From: Thermoplasmata archaeon
GTDB lineage: Archaea; Thermoplasmatota; Thermoplasmata; Lutacidiplasmatales; UBA184
Direction of reading: 5' to 3'
Length of the DNA: 64,000 nt
NCBI GenBank assembly: GCA_021817605.1
Contig: JAKAUN010000011.1
Coordinates: forward strand, 16,803 to 80,802
Part shown: positions 64,000-64,000 of the stretch, one piece after another
Layout of the letters: the number at the start of each line of letters is the position of its first letter
Numbering within the stretch: position 1 is the first letter of the stretch
The notes under the pieces: model-generated
What the model saw: only the letters and a program-made list of their open reading frames with translations
What the model was told of the DNA's origin: nothing
Databases searched by the model: none
Position numbers and translations under genes: made by a program

Positions 64000-64000
64000 G

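Noticed and set aside
1-64000. Mobile elements, prophage, integrative islands or rRNA genes.
   Set aside because: No transposase, integrase, recombinase or capsid/terminase-like products were found. No terminal inverted or direct repeats flank the tRNA. Composition looks uniform apart from short promoter regions.

Overview
This is a dense, high-GC (about 65-70% G+C by eye) archaeal chromosomal segment. Archaeal origin is clear from aIF2-gamma, TFB, S6e, Pth2, PriL, Csl4, PurP, archaeal phosphopantothenate synthetase, two-subunit PheRS, an ATP-dependent DNA ligase and a tRNA with a 37/38 intron. The surface-protein style (GLPxGTxW repeat modules, a sedolisin, many N-X-S/T sequons) hints at a Thermoplasmatota-like lineage, but that is a guess. 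I call about 60 protein genes, one multiply disrupted pseudogene, one tRNA-Leu(UAA), and a few TATA-like promoters and terminator candidates. Content is mostly housekeeping: translation, replication, a methylmalonyl-CoA module split over two loci, an Opp/Dpp-type ABC importer, an ABC-2 exporter and secretion enzymes. I saw no rRNA, CRISPR array, cas1/cas2, transposase, integrase or recognisable defence island. I did not find a clear self-contained novel system. The best leads are: (1) an internally duplicated PD-(D/E)xK nuclease with unusual all-C-terminal four-Cys clusters; (2) a paralogue of the 1264-aa substrate-binding protein carrying three in-frame stops and one frameshift; (3) a 338-nt unassigned, repeat-bearing GC-rich gap after the tRNA; (4) a two-gene operon for a small secreted His-rich peptide and a tiny 2-TM protein; (5) large insertions in every component of the ABC importer. 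Many starts are GTG or TTG and were chosen by homology and overlap logic, so 5' ends are less certain than 3' ends.
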